This document shows positions 53,818 to 64,000 of a DNA stretch of 64,000 nucleotides, piece after piece. The stretch's first letter is position 1, and every line of letters begins with the position of its first letter. The notes under the pieces were generated by a model. It was not told the DNA's origin. It ran no database searches and was given only the letters and a program-made list of their open reading frames with translations. Source of the DNA: a virus (lineage: Duplodnaviria; Caudoviricetes); the IMG/VR virus record IMGVR_UViG_3300032093_000005, one strand, 5' to 3'. Made by a program: the position numbers and the translations under genes.

Positions 53818-56800
53818 TATGCTAAAGCAATACTTCTTAAATCTTTAAATCTTGGAGAATATGCTTGATTTGTTCCAGACATCACTATTTTAATCGTATA
53901 ACCAGTAAAACTTCCAAGATTATTAGCGGTAAATTCATATTCTAAAAATTGGTCATTTAAACTTTCTGGAACAAAAACATCTGGAAGACCATTATTATTT
54001 GCTGGATTTATAATATCTAAATAACCATCTTGATTGTTATCCACTGTTAGATTGTTGTATCCAGGAAATAAATCAAATGAAGGTGTTATTTCACTTGAAT
54101 CTGGACGTATCAAACTATATAATACTCTAAAGTCTGCTGAAGAGTGTCTATAAGCACTTACAATCACTTTGAGCGCAGATGCTGGTTGTGCTAGTCTTAT
54201 TGTGTTAGAAACGTAAACAGCAGCGTGTGGATCCTCTATTATATTATTAGATCCATTTTCTCCAGCATAATCTTGAATTGGTTTATTTAATCTATTGCTT
54301 AATAGCTCTACAGAAGATTCTTTCCAGAAAACTAATGGGGAAAGATTTGAATCTGTGGTAGATAAATCAACCTTCATGGTAAATGATTTATTTCTCAAGA
54401 ATGATGGTGTATTCAAATATTGTAATTCGTTTACATTTGAACATACAATTCTAGTAGAAGATAGTTTATTTTCAACTCCAAGTTGTACGTTTTCATAAGT
54501 TTGGTCAATAAATGATGATTCATTACCATCAACGCTAGTTCCACTAACTGTTCTAATTTGACCAGTTACTGATGTAGAAGAACCGGGATTTAAAATTGCA
54601 AGATGTGGAGTTATACTATTAAATTGAATATTTTCAGTTGCCTTCACAATGTTTCCACCACACGATAATTCACCATTGAATGAAAGTTGTGGAAATCCTG
54701 TTGGGGAATTATCTGAATTTCTATTGATTGCATTTGAGTCAAAATTTGTTCTATCTACTTCAACATAATAAGTATCAATATCATTTTTACTATCACTTAT
54801 TGTATGTGTTTTGTTTATTCTTCTTAGAGATACTCCTCCAAGTTCATACTTATATACTAATGAATTTATATTATGAGTACTGACTAAAGTAGAATCTATG
54901 CCTCTTCCAGTAAGATTGAGAATTCCGACTCCAACAGTATATTTCATAATTTCATCATCAATTTTTATATAACCTGGATTGGTAACACCATCGACAGGCA
55001 TACCTTCAAATGTTGAGAAATTAGATGTCGAAGCAACGCTAATTGTTACATCTGTTAATGTAACAGGTAAAGTTAATTGAGATGGAGATACATCACTTTC
55101 AACATTTGATAGTGAAACTTTATTACCACTAGAATACATACCATGATTATAATGATTAACTTTAAAGAAGTTTCCTGAATATACTCCACCTACTGAAGTA
55201 GATGAAGTAATTGTAGTATTTGCAAGAGAAACTAAATTTCCAGAAAAATCATAATATGACAAAGTTGCTATTCCAACGTTAAATGAATTTCCCTGAACAT
55301 TTGATAAGTATAATGTATCAATACCAGTTCCTATTCCAGTGATTGTAATACGAGCATTACTTCCTCCAACAGGACTTACTGATGATGTAACAATTCCAAC
55401 AACATCACCAACCTTGTAACCATTTCCTGGATATGGTGTAGATACAGCAACTCCAGTTATAACTCCACCAGAAGCAATAATGTTCAATCTCAAACCACTT
55501 CCATTTCCGGTAATATTATAAGTTTGAACTCCAGGCGTTGTAGTATAATTAAATCCTCCCGTAGTTAATCCAACAGAAGTAACAGAACTTCCAGTTCCAA
55601 CAACATAACCATAATTATATGTTGCAGATTGAACAGAAATTTTTCTACCACTTGTTAATATTCCAATTATACTAGAGTCGGTAATTGTAGTTATGCCTAA
55701 ATTAACTTTTCTAGGTAAAATTGTTATTGGATTTGAACTTAATGTTGGAACATAACTATTACTTTGATCTAATGTTGGATTTTGAAATAATATGCTACCA
55801 ATTTTTGATGTGAAATTTGCTTTGTATAATTTAAATTTCAGATCCTGATAATCATTTGGAGTCCACTCTCCACCATTTTGAGATTTATACAATCTACCAA
55901 TTGCAAATTGTCTAGAATATCTTACTGCTTGAGAATCGGGCAGAGTCCTAGTTTCTATGGTCTTCTCTCCCATTTCTGCAATCCAAACTTCATACTCATC
56001 ACTCTGAGGGGCAAGGAGGACAATTGCATATTGCAATCCTGCTTCTAGATAAATTGGATATTCAAAAGTAACTCTTGTAGGTATAGATGCATTTGTAGAT
56101 GTATTAATATCACTTGGCCTTAAAGTTACTGATTTTCCAACAATAGTTCTTGTAGGAGTACCTAATTCTACGGTTCTTACTTCAACTGTTAATGGAGCAT
56201 TTCCACTATCTTTATTTGCAAAAAACAAATCAACTGCAGTTAAATAAGCTCCGTTAGCATCATCATTTGGTTTTAAACCATTTCCAGATTCTGCTACTCC
56301 ACCAACAGTAAAAGATTGAGCAAGAGGATCAACATAATAAATTGATGTTGTAGTTGTTATAACTCTTTGTCTTTCTTCCCAAGTTCCTTCAGATTTATAA
56401 ATGGTTTCTGCTGAAGAAATTAAAGTGCTTCCTGGTAATGGAATTTGATTTGTTGAACTTGATGATAATTTATAAACCTTTGAACCAGTTGTTATTCTGA
56501 CTGATGGTGGTGGAGTTGTATTTGGATCTTTTAAGAAGAAAGATCCTGATAAAAATCCATTAACATCAGTGATTAATCTTAGATCTTTTACATATGCTTC
56601 TGCACCACTAGTTTGTCCAACTAATTTCATACCAATATCCAAGTATCCAGAATATAATCCCTGAGTTTGGGCACATAAAGATGAGATATCAATATTCAAA
56701 GTTTTTGATGATGCACTATATGCTGAAGGAATAGTTTCTGAAATTGCGTATGGATTGGTTGTATATGTAATTGATGGATTGTTAAATGCACCTTCTTTAT

Positions 56801-59800
56801 GATTTGACGATGCAACTCTGAATGAAATTGCTTGTTTTAGTGTTCCAGAACTTGAATTTGTCCATCCAATTACAGTTTCTCCAACTTGGAAAGCAGCGGA
56901 AGATCCATAATTTTGAAGATTACTATCAGTGGAAATTTCAACAAGTTTTGGAATAAATTGAACACCACTATTTCCATCTAAAAATTGATAAACTCTAGTT
57001 AGTGGTTTCATGTTTACCGCAGTGAATCCAGTGTTTCTGGATCTCATATAAAGTTCTGCCCCAGTATTTCTTAGTACATCTTCAACATTTCTATTAACTG
57101 ATGATCCAACAACTCTAAAAGTTCCGGTTGCTCTTAACCAAATCCAATTTGTTTGATTGATGTTAACATCTTCTAATCTAATTGTTCTGACCCAACTATC
57201 ACTGGATGGATTTAATTTGATAGTTCCACTATAAGAAATAACGTTAAACGGATTTACATTTTCCACCTTTGTAGCAAATGTTTGTTCAATCCAATCTATC
57301 TGTTGATATTTTAATGTAATAGCATCGCCACTTTTTTGAACATTCGAATCATATAATTCAAAATTAGTTTCTAGATCTAAATTTTGATCTGTAACATTTT
57401 GAGATGGGACAGGTCTAAGATTTAAACTATTTTTTGATATTCTTGTGATTAATTCATCATTATCACTATCAATTTCAATCTTTGATAGTTGAGTATTAAT
57501 CAGACTAGTATCCTTAAAATCGTCTACAAAAAATCCCGTTTTAAATCTGTTGAGACCCTGTGCATCTTGTATTTGTAATGTTTGAGTATTAATCTCAAGT
57601 AAAGATAATGATGTTACTCTTTCTAGATTTTCAACTCTATCTTCAATTTTGCCAATATCCCGCATAGTATATCTTCTATTATCTGCTAAAGATACTAATG
57701 CATCTTTAGGATTATAAAGATATGGTGGCAATGTAATAGTAGCAATTTCCATTACATCATTTGGTTTATTTGGTTCTTTTGGTGTAATTGATGGTATCCC
57801 CTTAAGAACGGTAAATACTCCAAATTTATCCAGATATAGCTTATCAATTCTTCCAAGATAATATTGATAACCAATTACTGCACTTTCATTTGGAGACATA
57901 ATAATCTTTGGTTCTATTCCAAAAGATCTAGAAGCAAAATCAAATGGTGATGAAGTTATTGATGTAAATGGCGATACTCTTGGTCTAAAGTCCAAAGTAT
58001 CAGATGCTCTTATGTTACTTTTATCAATATATGGAATATCTGAAGAAAATCTTTCTGCAGCATAACTATTAACAGTAAATACATCTCCAGTATCATTAGA
58101 TGGAACTGAATAATGGTCAAATACTATTAAAAGTTGTTTAGAAGGAGGTGATTCTTCATTTCTTCTTACAATTCTTGAATAATCATAATATTGCTCTTTT
58201 TGTCCCTTATCTAAAGTATACTTTGAAGTAATATTTCTGTAAGTGCCAATTATAATCGATGAAATATTTGTATTAATATTTGATTCTTCAAAAGTTACAA
58301 TTTCATTAGTTACAAATTTACTATCATTTAAATAAACAATTCCTAATGTATTTGCTGCTGGTTTTGATACTATTCTCGCTATTGCATCGCTAGTTCTGCC
58401 TATAATATTTTCCCCAATAATTGCATTAGTATCGACATTTGCAATTGAACTAAATGTAAGTCTATCTAATGAAGGTGAATTTGCATCTAAAGACTCATAT
58501 ATTGCAATAACTTTGACAACATCAGGATAATTTAAACTTATTTCTTCATCTTGAATGCGTAAACCATAGTAAGGATTATAAGTAAGTCCATCATTAATTG
58601 ATGTATTAACACCAACTCCAGATCTAGGATCTTTTGATAATGTTACACTAATAGTTTGTGATCTGTTAAATTGTTTTATCTTACTTTGAATTTTATTTTT
58701 TACAAAAGTTGCATTGATTACTGAAATATTTTTGTTTTGAATATTTGAAAATGTAATTTGATTTGATCCTGCATTTAAAGTAACTTTGTCAGAAGTTAAT
58801 GATTCAATACTTCCATCTTCATAAAAAATAGAATATCTTTCTTCATCAAAAACCTGAAATTGTGCAGTTGTTGAATTAATTCCTAAATTAAATTTTCCAG
58901 TATCTACAGTTAATGTACTGGCAGATATTCCAGTAAATGATGTATTAGATTGTGCAGTAAAAGTAATTGTAGATGTGCTTAAGTCTGTTGAAGAAATGTT
59001 AGAGTTTGGTATCTGAGCATATAAAAATCCTTGCTGATCATTTTTAATTTTAGATAAACCAATAGAATATGGAACGCTAATCGTTAGACCTATACCAGGA
59101 AGAGATCCATCGCAAACTCCAGAAATAGTTGGAACAGCTTCCAACGTCATTGAATTTAAAGCAGGAGAAATTGAAACTACGCGATTATAAATCTCTGTAG
59201 ATATTCCAGGTCTCTGATATCTAATAATATTATCAGTTTTTATTCCACTAAAAGTTGCTGGTGCTGCTACAGTTGCTGTACTAATTCCATTTCCAGCAGC
59301 AGTAATTGTAATAATCTCTGATCGTAATCCTCTATCTAATTGAGTATCACATATAAATGCTGTTGTAAATCCTGAAACAGAAGTTGGTTGATGGATAGAC
59401 TTTACATCTTCAATTTCAAATGTTTTTACTGCAGCAATTGTCCTTGAAATATTATCTGAACCATTTATTAAAATTTGTTCTCCTATTGAAAAAGTTCCGG
59501 ATGTTTGGCGAATGTTAATTAGATTTGTTCCTGATCCAGCAGAAACTGTATACCCACTTGCCCCGCTGCTTTTACCTTTGATAAAAGAAGTCGCTGGAAT
59601 TTCTATAGACGAGACTGATTGATTTAATCTAAGTTCTGTATATGTTTGAATGTCATACAAATACAAATCCCAGTTTGTAGATGCTCCACTATATGCAGCA
59701 TCTGTTACATTAAAACTATAAACTCTTGCAGATCCAATTGTTGTCCCAGCAGCAACTATATTTCCCGAATTACCAATACTACTTTTTCTACGATTCTGAA

Positions 59801-61043
59801 AGAATATTTCTTGCCTTTGTTCTGGCGATCCACTTACATTATTAACTCTTAACAAATTTCCCATTTCAAATGGAATATTTGCAGAAGAAACAGATTGTTT
59901 TGTTCTTGGTTTTTCTACATCTATAATTTCAATACCAGTTTTTTCAATATCATATCCTCTAACATACGCTTTACCTGGAGAAAACTTAACACACATCAAA
60001 TCATCTGATGGTGTTGCATCCTGATCTGTTTTTTCTGTTGCGAAAAATAATCCATCATTTCCTAATCTATCATTTAGCGAATTATTTAATGAAAATTGAA
60101 ATGGATTAACAACATAATCCCCAGATTCATCATATGTTCTCTGGGCTAAGTAATCTTTAATTAATGAGTAACTTGATTTTATTTCTATTTTCTTGATTGC
60201 ACCATCTTTTACTCTTAGTAATTCAATAAAATCAGTATCATTAGTATCTGTTAGTAGTTTTTTAGATAGTGTTGTAGAAATTTTAAATCTATCTGCTCCA
60301 GGAGCAGCGTAATTTGTAAAACCTTTTGCATTGTCATATAATGCAGAATCATCTTTAGCGGTAATAATTTGTTCAGTTACTTTTAGACCAACTCTATAAG
60401 ATGGAGTATTGGTGTAATAGTCTAAAATTATTGTTTGCTTTGGAACTCTTACAAAAGTGCCTCTAATAAAATATACACCATCATTAATTGATACTGCAGA
60501 TCCAGTTACAGTTGCATTTGAAGAAATGGTCGTAGCAAAAGGTGTATTTGCTATTATTGATCCTACATTTTCAGATGCAGTTAATAATTCATTATCACTA
60601 AAAGGATTAATTTCAAAATTTGAATCAGAATTTAAATATTTTACATAAAGAGTTGGGTATTCAACATCAGAATTAGGAAGTTGAACTAATTGAACTACCG
60701 CTGTAACACCTGATATTTGACCTGTTATCTTTTTACCAACAAAATTTGACAAATAAGAAGTTAAATTAACTCCATATTGTTGTGTATTTAATTTTACTGC
60801 AGTAAATTGATCATCAAAGGTAATATTTCCTGGAATAACCAAAGATCCTTCTTTGAAAATATGACTCCCAAAAGTTTCTACTTGATCTTGTAATATAGAT
60901 TGAAGAGTATTTAACTCTCGTGCTTGTATTGGTTTGCCTGGATTAAAAAGAACTTTATAATAATTTTTATCTCTTGCACCGATATTTTGTTCGGCAAAGT
61001 CATCAAAATATGGACTTACATTGAGATTAGTTTTTTGAGCCAT
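53817..61043 (-). CDS. Very large baseplate/tail structural protein (DUF4815/VrlC-like)
   Basis: 2408 aa; NLNVSPYFDDF, QARELNTLQS, APGADRF, RTYDESGDY, RFKTGFFVDDF, DPLAQSF, DLKFKLYKANF. Confidence 0.88.
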   Translation of the reverse strand: MAQKTNLNVSPYFDDFAEQNIGARDKNYYKVLFNPGKPIQARELNTLQSILQDQVETFGSHIFKEGSLVIPGNITFDDQFTAVKLNTQQYGVNLTSYLSNFVGKKITGQISGVTAVVQLVQLPNSDVEYPTLYVKYLNSDSNFEINPFSDNELLTASENVGSIIANTPFATTISSNATVTGSAVSINDGVYFIRGTFVRVPKQTIILDYYTNTPSYRVGLKVTEQIITAKDDSALYDNAKGFTNYAAPGADRFKISTTLSKKLLTDTNDTDFIELLRVKDGAIKKIEIKSSYSLIKDYLAQRTYDESGDYVVNPFQFSLNNSLNDRLGNDGLFFATEKTDQDATPSDDLMCVKFSPGKAYVRGYDIEKTGIEIIDVEKPRTKQSVSSANIPFEMGNLLRVNNVSGSPEQRQEIFFQNRRKSSIGNSGNIVAAGTTIGSARVYSFNVTDAAYSGASTNWDLYLYDIQTYTELRLNQSVSSIEIPATSFIKGKSSGASGYTVSAGSGTNLINIRQTSGTFSIGEQILINGSDNISRTIAAVKTFEIEDVKSIHQPTSVSGFTTAFICDTQLDRGLRSEIITITAAGNGISTATVAAPATFSGIKTDNIIRYQRPGISTEIYNRVVSISPALNSMTLEAVPTISGVCDGSLPGIGLTISVPYSIGLSKIKNDQQGFLYAQIPNSNISSTDLSTSTITFTAQSNTSFTGISASTLTVDTGKFNLGINSTTAQFQVFDEERYSIFYEDGSIESLTSDKVTLNAGSNQITFSNIQNKNISVINATFVKNKIQSKIKQFNRSQTISVTLSKDPRSGVGVNTSINDGLTYNPYYGLRIQDEEISLNYPDVVKVIAIYESLDANSPSLDRLTFSSIANVDTNAIIGENIIGRTSDAIARIVSKPAANTLGIVYLNDSKFVTNEIVTFEESNINTNISSIIIGTYRNITSKYTLDKGQKEQYYDYSRIVRRNEESPPSKQLLIVFDHYSVPSNDTGDVFTVNSYAAERFSSDIPYIDKSNIRASDTLDFRPRVSPFTSITSSPFDFASRSFGIEPKIIMSPNESAVIGYQYYLGRIDKLYLDKFGVFTVLKGIPSITPKEPNKPNDVMEIATITLPPYLYNPKDALVSLADNRRYTMRDIGKIEDRVENLERVTSLSLLEINTQTLQIQDAQGLNRFKTGFFVDDFKDTSLINTQLSKIEIDSDNDELITRISKNSLNLRPVPSQNVTDQNLDLETNFELYDSNVQKSGDAITLKYQQIDWIEQTFATKVENVNPFNVISYSGTIKLNPSSDSWVRTIRLEDVNINQTNWIWLRATGTFRVVGSSVNRNVEDVLRNTGAELYMRSRNTGFTAVNMKPLTRVYQFLDGNSGVQFIPKLVEISTDSNLQNYGSSAAFQVGETVIGWTNSSSGTLKQAISFRVASSNHKEGAFNNPSITYTTNPYAISETIPSAYSASSKTLNIDISSLCAQTQGLYSGYLDIGMKLVGQTSGAEAYVKDLRLITDVNGFLSGSFFLKDPNTTPPPSVRITTGSKVYKLSSSSTNQIPLPGSTLISSAETIYKSEGTWEERQRVITTTTSIYYVDPLAQSFTVGGVAESGNGLKPNDDANGAYLTAVDLFFANKDSGNAPLTVEVRTVELGTPTRTIVGKSVTLRPSDINTSTNASIPTRVTFEYPIYLEAGLQYAIVLLAPQSDEYEVWIAEMGEKTIETRTLPDSQAVRYSRQFAIGRLYKSQNGGEWTPNDYQDLKFKLYKANFTSKIGSILFQNPTLDQSNSYVPTLSSNPITILPRKVNLGITTITDSSIIGILTSGRKISVQSATYNYGYVVGTGSSVTSVGLTTGGFNYTTTPGVQTYNITGNGSGLRLNIIASGGVITGVAVSTPYPGNGYKVGDVVGIVTSSVSPVGGSNARITITGIGTGIDTLYLSNVQGNSFNVGIATLSYYDFSGNLVSLANTTITSSTSVGGVYSGNFFKVNHYNHGMYSSGNKVSLSNVESDVSPSQLTLPVTLTDVTISVASTSNFSTFEGMPVDGVTNPGYIKIDDEIMKYTVGVGILNLTGRGIDSTLVSTHNINSLVYKYELGGVSLRRINKTHTISDSKNDIDTYYVEVDRTNFDSNAINRNSDNSPTGFPQLSFNGELSCGGNIVKATENIQFNSITPHLAILNPGSSTSVTGQIRTVSGTSVDGNESSFIDQTYENVQLGVENKLSSTRIVCSNVNELQYLNTPSFLRNKSFTMKVDLSTTDSNLSPLVFWKESSVELLSNRLNKPIQDYAGENGSNNIIEDPHAAVYVSNTIRLAQPASALKVIVSAYRHSSADFRVLYSLIRPDSSEITPSFDLFPGYNNLTVDNNQDGYLDIINPANNNGLPDVFVPESLNDQFLEYEFTANNLGSFTGYTIKIVMSGTNQAYSPRFKDLRSIALA

Positions 61044-61046
61044 CTT

Positions 61047-62621
61047 TTAAAATTCCAGGATAATTTTAACGTCTTCTTTTTGTCTAGAATTTCGAGAAAC
61101 TGTTGATCTATTATCAATATAAATTATATCTCCCGACTTATTATTTATCTCTGGATTTGCAAGTCCATTAGTAAATTCAACTCCAAGATTTATAACTTTA
61201 TTTGAAATAGTTGTAGTTATTCCAGAAAATCCACTAATTGTTCCATTCCATCCACTGGGGAATTTATTGACACTTGTAATTGTATTAAATCCAACTGATT
61301 TTCCGGAAGAATTGAAAAACGTAGACATGCCTACAAAATCAGTATGTCCAATTCCACCGCCACCACTAAAATATATAGATCTATCCGAATAATATTTCAA
61401 AACATTTGTTTCAGAGTCATAAGAAACAACATAACCTAATGCTTTTTTTCCATCCGATTGAATTTGCTGTATCTTATCACCTACTGCTGGTGTTCCACCA
61501 GTAATAGAACTAAATCTCATAGAATAAACACCAGAAAAATCACTTTGAGTATAAACTGAAGTGTTTATCCCTGTTGAATCAAATACAGTTGGATTCTTTA
61601 TGATTCCAACTTGAGAAAATTTAGAATCTACTGGAAAATCTTTTGTTGAATCATCAAACCTTGCATAGATTAAAATTTTATCTGCACCAAGTTCTTTATA
61701 TAAATCAAATCCATGACCCTTTGAAGGTGGGATGATTGGAATTAATTCTGCAAAAACTCCATCATTTCCAAGAGCACCTTGTTGAGTTGCTAAATCAACT
61801 AAAGCAAAAGTATAATTTTTTCCACCAGATGTAACAGTAACATCTGTAATTTTAGTTGATGCGTCTACAGTGACTAAAACTGTTCCATTAGATCCATCAC
61901 CAACTAAATTGCAAGATCTAGTTCCTGAAGCATATCCAAGACCTTGATTTTTAATATAAACTTTTTTAATCTGATTTTCGTTAAGATCAGAATTTCCATT
62001 TTCTCTTACTGATACAATTTGAGAATTAGTGGAAGTTTGCCAATCATTAGGAAGAGTTATATACTCTGTTGAATCGAACTTAATAATGTCTGATGGGGAA
62101 ATTGTGTAAAGATATTTCCAAGAATATCCATCACTTAATTGTGTTGGTTCTAAATCTGTAAAAGTTGGTTCTATTTGAGAAGCATTCCCTGTACTATTAA
62201 TTCCAGAAGAACCATTGTCAATGCAAATATAAATTCTATAATCAGAATTTATAACATAATAATTTGTATCATATAATCTTAAAGAACCTGCTACTGGAGA
62301 ACGATTTAAATCACTATAATCTGGGCGATACATCTCATATTTTTGTCCAGAATTCCAATCAACTTTTCTAATTACTCTTCTTATATTTGCACTTGTTATT
62401 TTTTTACCAAATAGAATAGTTGAATTATAATGATTTAAATAATCAATATTATCAGTTGGATTTGGTGGTATAGTATCCCAAGTAGCACTTCTTCCAAATC
62501 CAGATGCTGTTGGGTTGGATAATCCAACAAAAACATAATAAGAATTTGAAGAGTCGTTAACAGAATCTACAAAATTAGATGCATTAAGTATTCTAAACTG
62601 ATCTGTTACAATTGCAGGCAT
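61047..62621 (-). CDS. gp8: Baseplate wedge subunit
   Basis: MPAIVTDQFRILNA...DGYSWKYLYTI...GDIIYIDNR...EDVKIILEF; TATAAATA at 62641-62648. Confidence 0.9.
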   Translation of the reverse strand: MPAIVTDQFRILNASNFVDSVNDSSNSYYVFVGLSNPTASGFGRSATWDTIPPNPTDNIDYLNHYNSTILFGKKITSANIRRVIRKVDWNSGQKYEMYRPDYSDLNRSPVAGSLRLYDTNYYVINSDYRIYICIDNGSSGINSTGNASQIEPTFTDLEPTQLSDGYSWKYLYTISPSDIIKFDSTEYITLPNDWQTSTNSQIVSVRENGNSDLNENQIKKVYIKNQGLGYASGTRSCNLVGDGSNGTVLVTVDASTKITDVTVTSGGKNYTFALVDLATQQGALGNDGVFAELIPIIPPSKGHGFDLYKELGADKILIYARFDDSTKDFPVDSKFSQVGIIKNPTVFDSTGINTSVYTQSDFSGVYSMRFSSITGGTPAVGDKIQQIQSDGKKALGYVVSYDSETNVLKYYSDRSIYFSGGGGIGHTDFVGMSTFFNSSGKSVGFNTITSVNKFPSGWNGTISGFSGITTTISNKVINLGVEFTNGLANPEINNKSGDIIYIDNRSTVSRNSRQKEDVKIILEF

Positions 62622-62653
62622 TTGAATATTGTTTTTTCTATATTTATACTATG

Positions 62654-64000
62654 TTATAGATCCTTTTTAATTGCACCAGTATTTCTTAATCCATAATTTC
62701 TTCTTTGGATGGTTGGGAACGTGGTTAATCCTGAATTAACCGTAAATCCAGAAATACCAATTGAAATTGGAGTTAACGATCTTGTTAGTGAAGATAATTT
62801 ACCCCAAGAAAACTTACCAACATTATCACCCGTAGTTGCAATTCCAACTATTGAAGTTTGAGAATGAATATTACATGTAACCACACCCGCAGAAATTGCA
62901 CTTATTCGGTAAATGTTATCTACGCATATAGTACCAATCCCGATCACATCAGTATTTGAATTTATAATAGAAGTAACACCATTTCCAACTATTGTATCAT
63001 AAACAAAAATATAATCACCAATAGAGAGAGATGGTACTAATGAATCAAAGTTTTGTGCAGTAAATCTAAGGGCCAAATCTGTTCCAATACCGACTGTTGT
63101 TCCAATACCAGTTAGATTTCCAGATTTACCTGCTACTGCGGTAATGTTGGTGATATTTTCATAAGTTGGATCTGGTAAAGGAACAAGAACTTGTGGTGGA
63201 TTTGACGTTGTATAACCAAATCCCGGATTATTAATTGTAACTGCAGATAAAGAACCGTTAACTATACTAATTGATGCATTTGCTGTAGTCCCAATCCCAA
63301 CACCTATTCTCATTGGAGACGAAATGCTTACATTTATAGACGCACCTACATAACCACCACCAGCATTATTAATTGATAATGACTGAATTGTTCCTGCAAT
63401 AGAAACAACAGCAGTAACAGCAGCAGATACTGGATCTGGAGTGCCAGAAATAATTAATGCATTAAAATCTGGAGTTATTTCCGATTCATAGTTAAAGAAT
63501 TCTGAATTATCGACATATATTGTACCATCTGTCGATGTCAAGTCTTTAATAATTTTAGCAGTTGGATAAATTTGAGGTTCAATAGAATCTCTAGATTTAG
63601 AAATTAATTCACCATCGATGACCTTATCTACTTTTTGTTTTGTCCAATTTAGTGGTTTGAAGTTACTAGCATCAATACCTTGAAAACCATATGGTGATGT
63701 TTCTATAATATCTGATGTTACTATTCCAGAAATTACTCTAGAATTTTGTGTAGTTGTAATTCCAGAAAGTAAATTGTTACTTAAAATTTGAATATCATCA
63801 CCAGGTTTAAGAGTTTCAAAAACTGTTATATATTCACTATCTAAAGAACTTCCCCTATAGAAATAAATTGATATATTATCTTCTACTTTAGGTGGTTCAG
63901 TAAATGTAAACGAGGTTCCTCCATTAAATTGATATGCAACACCTGGTTGCTGAAGAATTCCATTGATAAAAATTACTAATAATGTATTAAAATCGATTAA
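62654..64000 (-). CDS. gp7: Baseplate wedge initiator, C-terminal part (5' end outside the window)
   Basis: The same frame reads open at the window edge (IFINGILQQPG...FTEPP...YFYRGS) and continues through IYPTAKIIKD to FPTIQRRNYGLRNTGAIK; precedes gp8. Confidence 0.82.
   Translation of the reverse strand, partial: LIDFNTLLVIFINGILQQPGVAYQFNGGTSFTFTEPPKVEDNISIYFYRGSSLDSEYITVFETLKPGDDIQILSNNLLSGITTTQNSRVISGIVTSDIIETSPYGFQGIDASNFKPLNWTKQKVDKVIDGELISKSRDSIEPQIYPTAKIIKDLTSTDGTIYVDNSEFFNYESEITPDFNALIISGTPDPVSAAVTAVVSIAGTIQSLSINNAGGGYVGASINVSISSPMRIGVGIGTTANASISIVNGSLSAVTINNPGFGYTTSNPPQVLVPLPDPTYENITNITAVAGKSGNLTGIGTTVGIGTDLALRFTAQNFDSLVPSLSIGDYIFVYDTIVGNGVTSIINSNTDVIGIGTICVDNIYRISAISAGVVTCNIHSQTSIVGIATTGDNVGKFSWGKLSSLTRSLTPISIGISGFTVNSGLTTFPTIQRRNYGLRNTGAIKKDL

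Noticed and set aside
1-64000. Stop-codon reassignment or alternative genetic code
   Set aside because: Core genes translate full length with the standard code, and neither tRNA is a suppressor.

Overview
This window is 64 kb of a T4-like myovirus genome, most likely a cyanophage (Kyanoviridae-type). The evidence is cyanophage-style T4 core synteny, CobS/VWA, Hsp20, MazG, a 2OG-Fe(II) oxygenase, a DUF3110-like gene and tRNAs without encoded CCA. All credible genes lie on the minus strand. In transcription order (right to left): baseplate (gp7 3' part, gp8, a 2408-aa structural protein); neck and tail completion (gp13-gp15); terminase (gp16, gp17); tail (gp18, gp19); head (gp20-gp23); gp3, uvsY, uvsW, gp55, gp47, gp46; VWA-peptidase and CobS-like AAA+; gp45, DenV-like, gp44, putative nuclease plus Dam, gp62, regA, hsp20, gp43, uvsX, gp41, mazG; two tRNAs; a late-gene block; primase and nrdA (runs off the left edge). 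I saw no introns, inteins, IS elements or CRISPR arrays. The most interesting signals are: (1) late-promoter genes that look like capsid-internal cargo, with T4 IP-like MK(T/S)FxxFxxE targeting sequences and candidate prohead-protease sites, including a nucleotidyltransferase and a modular polyprotein; (2) a ROSE-like RNA thermometer in the hsp20 leader; (3) a PD-(D/E)xK-like nuclease translationally coupled to a Dam-family methylase; (4) a repeated 21-bp motif/hairpin/-10 promoter upstream of both partners of an AAA+/VWA-peptidase pair; (5) back-to-back promoters predicting antisense RNA upstream of gp55; (6) a tRNA-Leu with a short variable arm. All family assignments are by eye and from memory; no searches were run.
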